From Candidatus Bathyarchaeota archaeon (GTDB taxonomy: Archaea > Thermoproteota > Bathyarchaeia > TCS64), in NCBI GenBank assembly GCA_026014515.1, contig JAOZIG010000286.1:1-60425 (forward strand): 60,425 bases of DNA, in the 5' to 3' direction. Below, in pieces: positions 47,014 to 57,191 of the stretch. The notes under the pieces are model-generated. The model searched no databases, was not told where the DNA came from, and saw nothing but the letters and a program-made list of their open reading frames with translations. Made by a program: the position numbers and the translations under genes. Position 1 is the first letter of the stretch. Each line of letters opens with the position of its first letter.

Positions 47014-47742
47014 TGCCCACTTGATCATGTTATTCCAGAGTATACCATAGCCATCCCATTCAGCGAACTCTACCGGGCACCAGTGGGGTCCTATGTCAGT
47101 TGTGTATGCCACTGTTCTGCCTTTACCATATTCTCCGATGACTAGGAACGCGTCATCGTCTACTTTAGCTAGTGTTTCTGCTTCTGTTTTTGCTTCTACG
47201 TACTGGTATCCAAGGATGTGGGGCCATACATCAGGCAATCCTTCTGTTATCTGGTGTTGCGTGGTTTTCTTTGGTTGTACTCCTTCTGGGCGTTCGCATC
47301 TATCATCAGATGACAGCATTTTAATTGGTAGTACTTCTGCGATTGGTGTGCGTTGGTACATGGCTGCTCCATTGATGCCTTGGAAGCTCATGTATCCGCC
47401 TGCCATGATGAGTCCGCCGCCGTCTGCGACGTATTTTTGGATGGTTTTGAGGCGGTTTGGTGTTCTTTCTCCGTGGAGCCATGTCTTAGGGTGGAGTAGG
47501 AATGTGTCTGCGCCTACGTCACTGAGGATGATACAGTCATAGTCTAGTTCCTCAGGGTTGAATGGGAAATCGTTTGCCGCTACGTGTGCTGGCATGTGGA
47601 CTAGTTCGATGCCGTGTTTTTCCATAGCTTTTTTGAACCATTCTAGCCCTGTCTCGTAGACTCCTGTAACGAAGCTGTTGAATCCCTTGTAGTGGGTGGT
47701 GATGGCGGTCCAGCTCTCACCCACGAGTAATACCTTAGTCAT
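47002..47742 (-). CDS. Class I glutamine amidotransferase-like protein (GATase1_like/DUF1355)
   Basis: KVLLVGESW, YDCIILSDVGADT.LLHP, GGGLIMAGGYMSFQG, GKGRTVAYTTDIGPHW. Confidence 0.88.
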   Translation of the reverse strand: MTKVLLVGESWTAITTHYKGFNSFVTGVYETGLEWFKKAMEKHGIELVHMPAHVAANDFPFNPEELDYDCIILSDVGADTFLLHPKTWLHGERTPNRLKTIQKYVADGGGLIMAGGYMSFQGINGAAMYQRTPIAEVLPIKMLSSDDRCERPEGVQPKKTTQHQITEGLPDVWPHILGYQYVEAKTEAETLAKVDDDAFLVIGEYGKGRTVAYTTDIGPHWCPVEFAEWDGYGILWNNMIKWASGS

Positions 47743-47781
47743 AGGGTAGTATGGGGGTGTTTTTGTTAATGGATTCTTCGA

Positions 47782-50100
47782 TTAACCCTCTGTGATGTGG
47801 AGGATTCCCCATACTTCAAGGTCTGGTAGTGTCACTGTTAATGTGTCTCCTTCTAGTTGGTGTTCTATTGTTTGCAGTGTGGTTTCTGGTGTTATGTATG
47901 TGACTGTTAGGATGGTATCTGTCATTTCGGTTGGTATCTTTATGTTTAGGGTCTTGTCTTGTACGGGTTTTACGGTGTCCTGCATCCAGTCGTATCTGTT
48001 GTTTACTATGTGGATCACTATTTCTGAGGCGGTGCTGTACATGGTCTTGCTTATGGTTCCCTCTGTCATCCCAGTGATGGTTGATGTTATGCCTGTTTGT
48101 TCGACCATTCCTATGAAATCTAATAGTATTGGATGGTCTGGGGTGTCGATGTATTGACTTCCTTTAACTTGGTCTATTGTGATGAGGTTACCTGTTCCAA
48201 TGGTAGCATCCCTTTCTCTTAGGTAATTGAGTAAGCTGTTGGTGGCTGGGTCTGCTCCTCTCTGGTTCTGAATCGTGTTTATGTTGGATGTAGTTGTGAA
48301 TACTAGTAGGGTTCCTCCTTGGTTTACATAGTCTAGCATTATCTGGGCGTGTGTGGGTGTTACATCTGTTAGCTCAGGTATGATCACTAGGTCGTAGTCA
48401 GTGATTTGATCTAGACTCAAGGGGTATTCGGGTGCAGGGTACTTGTTGACTTCTCCCAAGAGGTCATATTCTTCGGCTCCAAAGACTACATCGTACTGGT
48501 ATCCTGCATCTGCTAGTAGGCTACATGTACCGTAATATGCCTTTGACTGGTAAGAGTCTAGGTTTTCCCATAGGTGCAGAACGCAGACGTTGTTTGTGTT
48601 TGTGTCTATATTGAATAGCTCTGGGTAGGTTGTTGGCATCCTGTAGTATGGCTCTAACGCGTCTAGGTCTACCTGTAATCCGTGTCCTCCTTCTTCTAGG
48701 TACATACAGCCGCCTGAGGCTGTGACCTCTGCTATCATGAGCTTGTACAGGGTTCTGGTTTCTTCCTTGCTTTTTTCAAGTATCATTGATCGTGTCTCCA
48801 TTGATGTTAGTACACTGGGTCTTAGTCCAAGTCCTAATGCTAGTTTGACTGGGGCTGTGGCTCTTGTCTGTGGGTAGAAGCCTTCAAACTTGTTGAATGT
48901 GCATTCCATGTCTAGGAAGTCCACTAGGTCTGCTATTATGAGGGATTCTGGGCTGGATAGGTCGTTGACGTTGATGGTGAAGGGCATCTCTTTGCCTTGT
49001 TCTTCGGCGTAGTGTTTAGCCTTGGTTATGATGTATTCTGCTGCTTCCCGGTTCTTGATTCTGAGGAATCGTTGGTAGTGTTCGTAGAGGGGTATGCTCT
49101 GCTGTATATCCCAGTTCCTCCAGTCGTCATAGGTTAGCTCTGTCCAAGCCGCTGGGAGGGCGTTTCTTACTTCCTTCGCATAATCTAGATCATCCCATGA
49201 TGAGAGCCCAAACTGGTTCTTGTATGTGTTTTTCTCGTTCTCTGTGAGTGCTTCATCCAAGTACTGTTTGAACTGTGTCATGGTGTATTCGCTAAAATCT
49301 GGTTCTAGCACTGCGCTGTAGCAGAGTTCATCCACCAGATACCCGTCTACTCCTGCGTCGATGTTGAGTTTGATGCCTTCGAGTAGGTATTCCTGCCAGT
49401 CTGGGTGGATCAATGTGTGAACATACCAGACTGATTCTTCTCCAATGGTGCCTGATAGTCCATAGTTGCTTGCCCACTTGTTGCCATAGGGGTCAAGGCA
49501 TACTGATGCGTCATGTTCTGGTGGGTCAGGGCCCATCTTCCATGTGGTGATCATGCTGTCGCAGCCTACAACGTAGATGCCTTTTTCGTGCATGAGTTCG
49601 ATGTATTCAGGCCATTCGTCGTTGTTGATGGGTTTCCACATATAATCGAACCAGCTCATCACCGAGACATCCATCTGGTCTATTATCTCTAGGTAGTGTT
49701 CCTTGGTGTATTCACTTGTTGGGTAGGGTGCTCCTGTGACCATTACTGTGGCTAGGTTTGAGAACATTGGTGTTTGGCGTTCTTTCCACCATTCTGGTTC
49801 TGGTGTCCAAGCGGTTTCCTCTTCTTCAGGCTCAGTTTCTTCCTCCTCTTCTTCCTCTATAGGGGCATCGGGGTCGCTTTCTTCCACAAGCTCTACTGTG
49901 CCGCCTTCGAGTTCGGATAAGCCTTCATCCTCAGTTGGCGTCTCTTCGCCTGTTGTTGAGGGCGTTTCTGTTTCTCCAGAGTCAGGCTGAGATGGCGCTC
50001 TTTCTAGGGTGCCCATTTTCATGAATGCGATTCCGCCTATGGCGATTGCTATGATTATCACTATGATGATGTTGCGCATTGAGGAAGCCATAATTATCAA
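47782..50100 (-). CDS. Membrane-anchored glycoside-hydrolase-like protein (TIM barrel, GATase-like domain, beta domain)
   Basis: N-terminal signal anchor, acidic linker, HPDWQEYL...GVDGYLVDE, YDLVIIPE...YVNQGGTLLV; architecture resembles GH42/GH66. Confidence 0.6.
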   Translation of the reverse strand: MIIMASSMRNIIIVIIIAIAIGGIAFMKMGTLERAPSQPDSGETETPSTTGEETPTEDEGLSELEGGTVELVEESDPDAPIEEEEEEETEPEEEETAWTPEPEWWKERQTPMFSNLATVMVTGAPYPTSEYTKEHYLEIIDQMDVSVMSWFDYMWKPINNDEWPEYIELMHEKGIYVVGCDSMITTWKMGPDPPEHDASVCLDPYGNKWASNYGLSGTIGEESVWYVHTLIHPDWQEYLLEGIKLNIDAGVDGYLVDELCYSAVLEPDFSEYTMTQFKQYLDEALTENEKNTYKNQFGLSSWDDLDYAKEVRNALPAAWTELTYDDWRNWDIQQSIPLYEHYQRFLRIKNREAAEYIITKAKHYAEEQGKEMPFTINVNDLSSPESLIIADLVDFLDMECTFNKFEGFYPQTRATAPVKLALGLGLRPSVLTSMETRSMILEKSKEETRTLYKLMIAEVTASGGCMYLEEGGHGLQVDLDALEPYYRMPTTYPELFNIDTNTNNVCVLHLWENLDSYQSKAYYGTCSLLADAGYQYDVVFGAEEYDLLGEVNKYPAPEYPLSLDQITDYDLVIIPELTDVTPTHAQIMLDYVNQGGTLLVFTTTSNINTIQNQRGADPATNSLLNYLRERDATIGTGNLITIDQVKGSQYIDTPDHPILLDFIGMVEQTGITSTITGMTEGTISKTMYSTASEIVIHIVNNRYDWMQDTVKPVQDKTLNIKIPTEMTDTILTVTYITPETTLQTIEHQLEGDTLTVTLPDLEVWGILHITEG

Positions 50101-50204
50101 TTGAGTCTAGCGGATAAACCGTAATGAGTTTTACCCTCATTTACCGGTGAACCTGTTCTGATAGATGTTTTAAACCCGGGGTATTGTTTGATAGTTGATA
50201 GTTT

Positions 50205-51251
50205 TTGGTCGTAAAGATTGGTTTACTTGGATGCGGGGATATCGCATGGTATCATATGAGACAGATACAGGCGCATGATGACGCTGTGTTGTCTGCTGTT
50301 TATAATCGTGGTAGGGAACGGCTTGAAAAGTTGGGGGCTGCCGCTGGGTTGACTGATGATAGTTTGTTTACTGATGTTGACCGGATGTTTGCTGAGGCAG
50401 AATTGGATGCTGTGGTGAATTGTCTTCCTAACCGTCTTCATAGTACTGTATCGGTGGCTGCGTTTAACGCTGGTTTGCATGTTCTCTGTGAGAAACCCAT
50501 GGCAACGAGCCTATCAGAAGCAAAAGCAATGGTTGATGCAGCCCGTAAGAATAAACGTAAACTGCTAATCGGATTAACAAAGCGCTTCCAAGGGGATTCC
50601 ATAGCTGCAAAACAGCTTGTAATGAATGGGACTCTTGGTGATGTCTATTACAGCAAGGCTGGTTGGATGAGGCGTAACGGTATCCCGGGGTGGGGTAGCT
50701 GGTTTACACGTCGCGAGCTTGCTGGCGCTGGACCTATCTATGATATTGGTGTGCATGCGTTGGATTTGACTTGTTGGCTTGGCGGTAACTTCGATGTTGA
50801 TCAAGTGCTGGCATCTAGTTATGCCGAGTTTGGTCCTGAGAAACGTGGTTATGGTGACTGGGGTACAGTCAATGAGTCCGGTTATTATGATGTTGAGGAC
50901 CTCGCCTCTGCTTTTATCAAGATGAAGGACGGCTCCACTGTGGCCTTTGAGGTTAGCTGGGCAGCAAATGTGCCTAGCTCTGAGTTCAGCGTCATGGTTC
51001 TCGGTGACAAGGCAGGACTTGATATGAGTAAGTTGATGATTCACAGCACTAATGGGTCCGAGGTGAATGCACCACTTGAGTACAAGGAGACGGATTCCTA
51101 CTGGGAGGAGATGAGTCACTTTATCGACTGCATCGTGAATGACCGTGAGCCTGTTACCAAGCCTGATGAGATGCTTGGGCTTCAGCGGATGCTTGACATG
51201 ATACTATTGAGCGCAAGGGAGAACCGGGTGGTAAAAGCGTCCGAGGTCTAA
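50205..51251 (+). CDS. Gfo/Idh/MocA family oxidoreductase
   Basis: KIGLLGCGDIA, HVLCEKPMA, RRNGIPGWGSWFT, GPIYDIGVHALD, DVED. Confidence 0.95.
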   Translation: MVVKIGLLGCGDIAWYHMRQIQAHDDAVLSAVYNRGRERLEKLGAAAGLTDDSLFTDVDRMFAEAELDAVVNCLPNRLHSTVSVAAFNAGLHVLCEKPMATSLSEAKAMVDAARKNKRKLLIGLTKRFQGDSIAAKQLVMNGTLGDVYYSKAGWMRRNGIPGWGSWFTRRELAGAGPIYDIGVHALDLTCWLGGNFDVDQVLASSYAEFGPEKRGYGDWGTVNESGYYDVEDLASAFIKMKDGSTVAFEVSWAANVPSSEFSVMVLGDKAGLDMSKLMIHSTNGSEVNAPLEYKETDSYWEEMSHFIDCIVNDREPVTKPDEMLGLQRMLDMILLSARENRVVKASEV

Positions 51252-51289
51252 GAGTAAAGCATATCACAAGGGCTGTGGTTCATTGGGTT

Positions 51290-51578
51290 GGTGAGCTGGG
51301 GGGCGGCTGTCGGTCGAAAGGCTGAGGAAACTCCATCCACCGAGTAGGGCTGCGACGCTGTGAGGCGTAAGGGGAGACCCTTGGCAATGGACAGAAACGA
51401 TACCTCCCGTGGCATGCGATGATTCATTGGATGATGAGGTCGCTACGGGCAAGGGTGAGACGACTAACCCGCAGGGTGCAAGGGCGAATAGGCGCCGATA
51501 CCCTCCTACAGGGGGCGCGGGTAGCCCGCATAGCTGAATGCCGCCGAAGAACAGGAGATGGGTTACACCCAGCACACC
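51290..51578 (+). ncRNA. rnpB: Archaeal RNase P RNA (type A-like)
   Basis: GAGGAAACTCCATCC and AACAGGAGATGGGTTA (P4), P2 GGCGGC/GCCGCC, P1 GGTGAGCTGGG/CCCAGCACACC, P8 ACGC/GCGT, P9 AAGGG-GAGA-CCCTT, ACAGAAAC, GGTGCAAG. Confidence 0.95.
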
Positions 51579-51674
51579 TTTACCTCTAATCGTCTTCTCA
51601 ATATGCTTGATGGGTTTTGTTGGGACTTATAATTTATAGTAAATTAAAATTAGTTAATATAGTATGAGTTTACA

Positions 51675-52475
51675 TTGGTATTCATGAATGTTAAAACAAT
51701 CTTAGCCTATACTTTAGCTATTCTTCTACTAGGAGGTTTTCCCATGGCTTTCGCTCAATCTATCACTGTAACCGATTATACCAGTACCTTCGAGGAGTGG
51801 GATGACTCCGACTGGTACGATGGAGTTATAGAAAACATGGGTGAGACCACTGTGGTTTTTCCAGATGTTACCATCTCATACTATGATGAGGAACATACTC
51901 TTATCCATTCCAAGACAACATCCGCTGAGCTTTCCTATCTTGGACCCGGTGAAAAAACCCCATTCACCATCATAGTTGACCATATGAACTTTACCTCCTT
52001 GGAGTTCAGCGTTGAATCCTCAAGTATGAACTCGTTGCCTTACAGGGATTTTTCGATTACTGAGGTATCTCGTGGAACTGATATATGGGGTTTAAACACA
52101 GTTGCATATGATGTGAAGAATACGGGAGAAATTGATTTGGATCAGATTACCCTGTATGGTATCCATTTCGATGCAAATGGCGACTTTTTAGATTACTCAA
52201 TGAGTTACCTTATTGAAGAGTTAGCTTCTGGGGAGACAGTCTCCATAGAACTTGATACGATTCCTTTAGAGACCGCAGATTCCTATCTCATTATTGATGT
52301 TTTAGAAACGCAGTCAGAGACTTTGACTGGCAGCGATACCACGACATCTAGCCCTACATCAAACACAGACGCTGAACCAGATTCCGGTGGAGGAATTCCC
52401 GGATTCCCCGTTTATGGTCTACTTATGGGGATACTTTTGGTAACCATTCTACTCCAAAGGAAGCCCACATTATAG
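51675..52475 (+). CDS. FxLYD-domain surface protein with PGF-CTERM-like anchor
   Basis: Signal peptide, two repeats (GVIENMG..ISYYD..LGPGEKTPF; VKNTG..IHFD..LASGET), S/T linker, GGGIPGFP-TM-QRK. Confidence 0.8.
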   Translation: MVFMNVKTILAYTLAILLLGGFPMAFAQSITVTDYTSTFEEWDDSDWYDGVIENMGETTVVFPDVTISYYDEEHTLIHSKTTSAELSYLGPGEKTPFTIIVDHMNFTSLEFSVESSSMNSLPYRDFSITEVSRGTDIWGLNTVAYDVKNTGEIDLDQITLYGIHFDANGDFLDYSMSYLIEELASGETVSIELDTIPLETADSYLIIDVLETQSETLTGSDTTTSSPTSNTDAEPDSGGGIPGFPVYGLLMGILLVTILLQRKPTL

Positions 52476-52521
52476 TAGATGGGTTACATCCAGCTCACCA
52501 TTTTGCTATGAGTTTTATATT

Positions 52522-53100
52522 ATGAGTCGTTTTTTGGTATTGATGAGCCTAGAGTCCTCTTATAGAGATCTTATTCCGTTGTTTGATGTCTTTAATGAGG
52601 CTATGCTGATTTATGATAGTGAGCAGATTCACTGGGTCAACGATGCACTGGTCGTATTACTGGAATACAATTCAATGGAAGAAATAATCGGAAAAAACAT
52701 AATCTCTTTTCTACACCCAGAATCTCAGCAAGAGGGAACCCATCAGCTTAAACGCCTATATCAGGGCGTGAAACGAACTGGCGGCATCTATACTGCATTA
52801 AAAAAGAATAGGACTCCGGTTTCTGTTGTCTCACGTGGCACTCAGCTTCCCGGTACAGATGAAACGTTACTTATCTCGATTGTAAGACCCGTTGAAGAGG
52901 ATCCAGTTGAGGAAGGGCGTATCTGGTCGGATTTCAAATTCAAACACGAGGTATCAACCTCGATCACTGTCATCAAGGGCTACACTGAGTTGATACAGAA
53001 AAGAGTAGAATCTCACGAGGGATCTGAACTAGGTAAATGGTTTAAAACCATTTTCGAGAACATTGAAAGGATAGAAAAGATTCTCCTTGAACTTACGTAG
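52522..53100 (+). CDS. PAS domain plus HisKA-like dimerisation helix, no HATPase domain
   Basis: WVNDA..LLEY...EIIGKNI.SFLHPE (PAS); KHEVSTSITVIKGYTELI (H-box). Confidence 0.78.
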   Translation: MSRFLVLMSLESSYRDLIPLFDVFNEAMLIYDSEQIHWVNDALVVLLEYNSMEEIIGKNIISFLHPESQQEGTHQLKRLYQGVKRTGGIYTALKKNRTPVSVVSRGTQLPGTDETLLISIVRPVEEDPVEEGRIWSDFKFKHEVSTSITVIKGYTELIQKRVESHEGSELGKWFKTIFENIERIEKILLELT

Positions 53101-53130
53101 TTTAGGAACTATGTCTTTTGAAACGAGATG

Positions 53131-53994
53131 TTATCCTTTGATTCGTTTGAGGTCAACCTCTGCTGCGATGTAACCGAAGCCGCTCCAAGCATTCGTGGAA
53201 ACCACTCGTTCTAGGATTTCAACATACTTATTGTAGTCTCCTCTGAACTTGTACTCGTTGGCGACGCCATACCCTGTTGTTACGAGGCTTAACTGGTCTT
53301 CCTTGTCTCCTATGATGTCCTCTGGTTCCAGTTCTCCTTTGAACATCTTGAGACACTCATAGTATCCAGCGCTTACTGGGCAGTTCATATCCGGCTTGAT
53401 ATGTCCCAGCACTTCCTCTGCTTCGTCATCGTAGCCGAGTCTCTTGAGGATGAGATAGTTCCAGTAACAGGACATGATGATATGGTCATCATTCACCGCT
53501 ACATCAAGCAAGTCATCAAACGCTTTCCTTGCGTTCAGTAGATCTCCCTTGAGCATGTAGGCGAGTCCAAGATGATAGTAAGTGTTGGTGTAGAAGGTAT
53601 ACTCGGTTGTCTCCTCTGCACCAGCTAAGCCACTGGGCTCCATGAAGTCGGGTTTCTCCCACATCAAGTCAACAGCTTTCTCAGAGTCGGCTATGCTGTA
53701 ATCGAACATTCTGAGGCTCAGGTATCTGTGGGCTCTGTGTCTGAGAAACTCCGGATCATCCGGGTAGAGCTTCAATGCCTCTGTGTAGATGTGTATCGCG
53801 TCTCTGTATTTCCCCATGTAGGCATGTTGCCTGCCTAGCCAGAGGAGTTTTTCTCTGTCCTCTGGTTCTCTTTCCCATTCCTCATAGGCTTTGTTAAACT
53901 TGACGAGTTGCTTGTTTTCTGGGTCTGGGTAGCTAACAGGATTGTATAGTGGTTCTCCGAATAGGCTGAATCCCTCTGGGGTCTCGATCTTCAT
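53131..53994 (-). CDS. TPR protein, paralog B
   Basis: Collinear with 31642-32529 (FSLFGEPL, WLGR..AY, RHRAHR, YHLGLAY, WSGFGYIAAEVDL). Confidence 0.85.
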   Translation of the reverse strand: MKIETPEGFSLFGEPLYNPVSYPDPENKQLVKFNKAYEEWEREPEDREKLLWLGRQHAYMGKYRDAIHIYTEALKLYPDDPEFLRHRAHRYLSLRMFDYSIADSEKAVDLMWEKPDFMEPSGLAGAEETTEYTFYTNTYYHLGLAYMLKGDLLNARKAFDDLLDVAVNDDHIIMSCYWNYLILKRLGYDDEAEEVLGHIKPDMNCPVSAGYYECLKMFKGELEPEDIIGDKEDQLSLVTTGYGVANEYKFRGDYNKYVEILERVVSTNAWSGFGYIAAEVDLKRIKG

Positions 53995-54029
53995 AACTCA
54001 AGCATCTATAGGACGGTATAAGAAAGCTC

Positions 54030-55259
54030 TCATAGCCCCTTGAGCCGCGGTACAGCCACATACATCACTGCTGCGATTATCACCATTATACCACCGAAGA
54101 CACTCTGGGCGAAAACCGCTCCATATGCTTCAGCCAAAGTGCCCAATGTAAAGCTGCCAACGACACCGAACCCTATGCTGAGCTGCCATATGCCCATAGC
54201 CCTACCTCGTTGCTCTTCATCAACGTTCAACTGTAATAGTATCTGTGACATGGCGTCATGACCTGCTGCAGAGACCCCTACTACTCCAATGAATATCAAC
54301 GCAAGGGCATACACTGGAGTGTTTGCGTAGAGGACTAATCCTACTCCGAACATGAGGAACATCCCGATGAGGAGTTTTCCCTTGTGTTTGAAGTCTCCAA
54401 GGCTGGCTAGGGCTAGACCAGCTAACAAGCCTCCTCCTGATCTGAATGCGTTTATCATTCCGTTTCCAACTGCGCCTACCTTTAGTATATCTCGGGCGAA
54501 AACCGGTACAAGTACTGGGAATGAGAACCCGAACATTTCGCATGTTGCTGCCATCACCATTAAGGCGAGTATGATCCTGTTTTTCAGGACTAGTTGGATT
54601 CCTTCCTTTAGGTTTCTCCATATTGATAGCTGCTGGGCGGCTCTCTTGGTTTCAATGTCTTTGATTAATCCTACTAGGAGGATTGCGAAGATGAATAACC
54701 CTGAGAGTGCATAGAATGGGTATTCTTTTCCAAAGAACTCGATTATCAGTCCTGCCATGGCTCCTCCGAATATGCCTATTCCTCTCATTCCTACTGCGTT
54801 GAGGGATATGCCGTTCATCGCGTTTTCTCTTCCCACAATATCCACGATGAATGATTGACGGGATGGGTTCTCGAAGGTTCTTATGATTCCCCTTATGAAA
54901 ATCAACGCTAATGCATGGTATAACTGGATTAACCCTGTTGTGATAAGGAACCCGAAGAGAAGACCACAGATCGCGTATAGAATATAGCATAATATCAGCA
55001 ATCTCCTGCGGGCCATCTTATCCGCTGTCGCTCCACCTACCATCCCGAATAATAGGTTCGGGGAGGAACGTACCGCCCAGAACAACCCTAAGGAGAGCGG
55101 TGAGTCTGTTAATTCGAGAACAAGCCACCCAGATGAGACATCCATGAACATGTCTCCGAGAGATGCTGTTATGGTGGTTAGAAATAGCAGCGAGAAGCTC
55201 TTGTTTTTGAAGGGCGTGTACATTTGCCTCAAACCTTCAATCCGCTTCTCTTCTGTCAA
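54030..55259 (-). CDS. MFS transporter (MFS_3/H+ antiporter-like)
   Basis: About 12 TM helices, WLVLELTDSPLSLG, GATADKMARRRLL, PSRQSFI, EEQRGRAMG. Confidence 0.92.
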   Translation of the reverse strand: MTEEKRIEGLRQMYTPFKNKSFSLLFLTTITASLGDMFMDVSSGWLVLELTDSPLSLGLFWAVRSSPNLLFGMVGGATADKMARRRLLILCYILYAICGLLFGFLITTGLIQLYHALALIFIRGIIRTFENPSRQSFIVDIVGRENAMNGISLNAVGMRGIGIFGGAMAGLIIEFFGKEYPFYALSGLFIFAILLVGLIKDIETKRAAQQLSIWRNLKEGIQLVLKNRIILALMVMAATCEMFGFSFPVLVPVFARDILKVGAVGNGMINAFRSGGGLLAGLALASLGDFKHKGKLLIGMFLMFGVGLVLYANTPVYALALIFIGVVGVSAAGHDAMSQILLQLNVDEEQRGRAMGIWQLSIGFGVVGSFTLGTLAEAYGAVFAQSVFGGIMVIIAAVMYVAVPRLKGL

Positions 55260-55377
55260 TAATTCTCACCTAGAATAGAACCTGATACAGTGTTGGGTGA
55301 TTAAAAATACAACGATTCGTTTTGACTGATCTTTAATACATCTAACATTATTATCCCTTAATTTCGAGTCGAGACAT

Positions 55378-57123
55378 ATGAAAGACAGGCATTTACTGGT
55401 TGACGTGGCGCTTGACAGACTCCATGCAGACAAGGTTGTTGTAAACGGGGAGTTCCTTGACGTAGCCACTGGACGTATCAGAAAAGACGTGAACATAGCC
55501 ATCAAGGGAGCACGCATCGCTAAGATAGGCAACGTTGATGACACCATTGGACCAGAAACAAAGGTAATTGATGCAACTGGAATGACGGTTACACCAGGAC
55601 TCGTTGACAGTCACTACCACATCGAGTCATCAAGACTGAGTCCAAGAAGACACGCCCAGCTAACCCTCCCCTATGGCACTACATCCCTGTTTGAGGGCAG
55701 CCACGAGTTAGCTAACTGTCTTGGTCTCGACGGAATCAAGTACTTCCTTGATGAGGCAAAAGACCTTCCACAGAGAATCTATATAGCATTGAGTTCTGCC
55801 ACTCCCCCTACACCCTTTGAGCGTACAGGCGGATACATTGGTGGAGTGGAGGCTCGTGAGGCGCTCCAGTGGGAAAACGTGGCTGGCATCGGTGAGATCA
55901 TGGATTACACGAACCTGTTTGGTCACGAGGAACGATTATGGGAGGTTATGAAGGCTGGTTTGGAGGCAGGAAAGCTTCTTGAAGGACACGGTACCCCGTT
56001 GCCGCCTGAGGCTGATGCCTTCATGGCGACTGGTATCACCTCCACTCACTTCAGCGGTGATCCTGAGAGGGCTTTGGAGCTTCTTGCGCGTGGCTGTTTC
56101 CTTGAGGTTAAGGGTAGGGATAGTCAGGATGCTATCCGTGGACTTGTTGACGCTGGTATCGATTGGCAGATGGTGGGTATCTGTGTTGATGACCGTCCAG
56201 CTGAGCTTACCCGTAAGATTGGTTTGCTTGATTATGAGATGCGTAAGGTGATGGAGGCTGGTTTAGACCCTATTACGACTTATCAGTTGGCTACTATCAA
56301 TAATGCGCGTCACTGGCATCTTGAGCATGATATCGGTTTGGTGGCTCCGGGCAGATACGCTGACATGCTCTTCATCTCTGATCTTGAGAAGATCAAGATC
56401 GATAAGGTCTTCACAGGCGGAGAGATGGTCGCTGAAAAGGGTAAGCTTACCGTTGATATCAGCATTCCACCGGCACCAGCCTATGTGCGACACAGCATCA
56501 AGATACCTAAACCATTGATCGCTGAAGACTTCAGAGTCAAGTCACCATACAATAGAGATACTGTTAATGCTGCTGTCTTGCCTGCTCGATACTTCAGCGA
56601 TGACCTAGCGCCAATCACGACAACGCTACCTGTGAAAGATGGTATTGTTCAACGTGATCTGAGCCGGGACATCAACAAGATCGCTATTGTCAATAGACAT
56701 GGCAAGGGATTGGGTGTCTCATTCTGGAAGGTTGGTTACCAGAGAGGCGCAGTTGCAACTAGTGTTCTTCATGACAGTCATAATATCTCGGTTATTGGCG
56801 CGAATGACGCTGATATGGCGGCTGCCGTGAACCGCGTCGCTGAGATCGAGGGCGGTATCGTAGTGGTTGATGATGGGAAGGTTATGGCTGAGATTTCATT
56901 GCCTATCGGTGGCATCATGACTGATCGCCCGCTGGATGAGGTGGTTGCTGCTTTGGACAAGATAAACATGGAAGCAGACAAACTGGAGCCCGGTGAGCTT
57001 GGAGACCACCCTGTGGACTCACAGACGTTTATCTTCCTCACTTGTTTCCCTTGGGGTATCGTCTTAACTGATCTTGGGTTATATAATGCCCGGACCGGTG
57101 AGAAGATTCCAGCAGTATGGTGA
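55378..57123 (+). CDS. ade: Adenine deaminase family amidohydrolase
   Basis: PGLVDSHYHIESS, GIGEIMD, ATINNA, GAVATSVLHDSHNI, LPIGGIMT. Confidence 0.85.
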   Translation: MKDRHLLVDVALDRLHADKVVVNGEFLDVATGRIRKDVNIAIKGARIAKIGNVDDTIGPETKVIDATGMTVTPGLVDSHYHIESSRLSPRRHAQLTLPYGTTSLFEGSHELANCLGLDGIKYFLDEAKDLPQRIYIALSSATPPTPFERTGGYIGGVEAREALQWENVAGIGEIMDYTNLFGHEERLWEVMKAGLEAGKLLEGHGTPLPPEADAFMATGITSTHFSGDPERALELLARGCFLEVKGRDSQDAIRGLVDAGIDWQMVGICVDDRPAELTRKIGLLDYEMRKVMEAGLDPITTYQLATINNARHWHLEHDIGLVAPGRYADMLFISDLEKIKIDKVFTGGEMVAEKGKLTVDISIPPAPAYVRHSIKIPKPLIAEDFRVKSPYNRDTVNAAVLPARYFSDDLAPITTTLPVKDGIVQRDLSRDINKIAIVNRHGKGLGVSFWKVGYQRGAVATSVLHDSHNISVIGANDADMAAAVNRVAEIEGGIVVVDDGKVMAEISLPIGGIMTDRPLDEVVAALDKINMEADKLEPGELGDHPVDSQTFIFLTCFPWGIVLTDLGLYNARTGEKIPAVW

Positions 57124-57191
57124 TCCATACTCACATTTTGTGATTGCCATTGTTGAGTCTATATTATAAACAAAATAGCCTCAGATAGACT

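Noticed and set aside
51264..51575. 103-aa minus-strand ORF
   Set aside because: It is antisense to the RNase P RNA gene.
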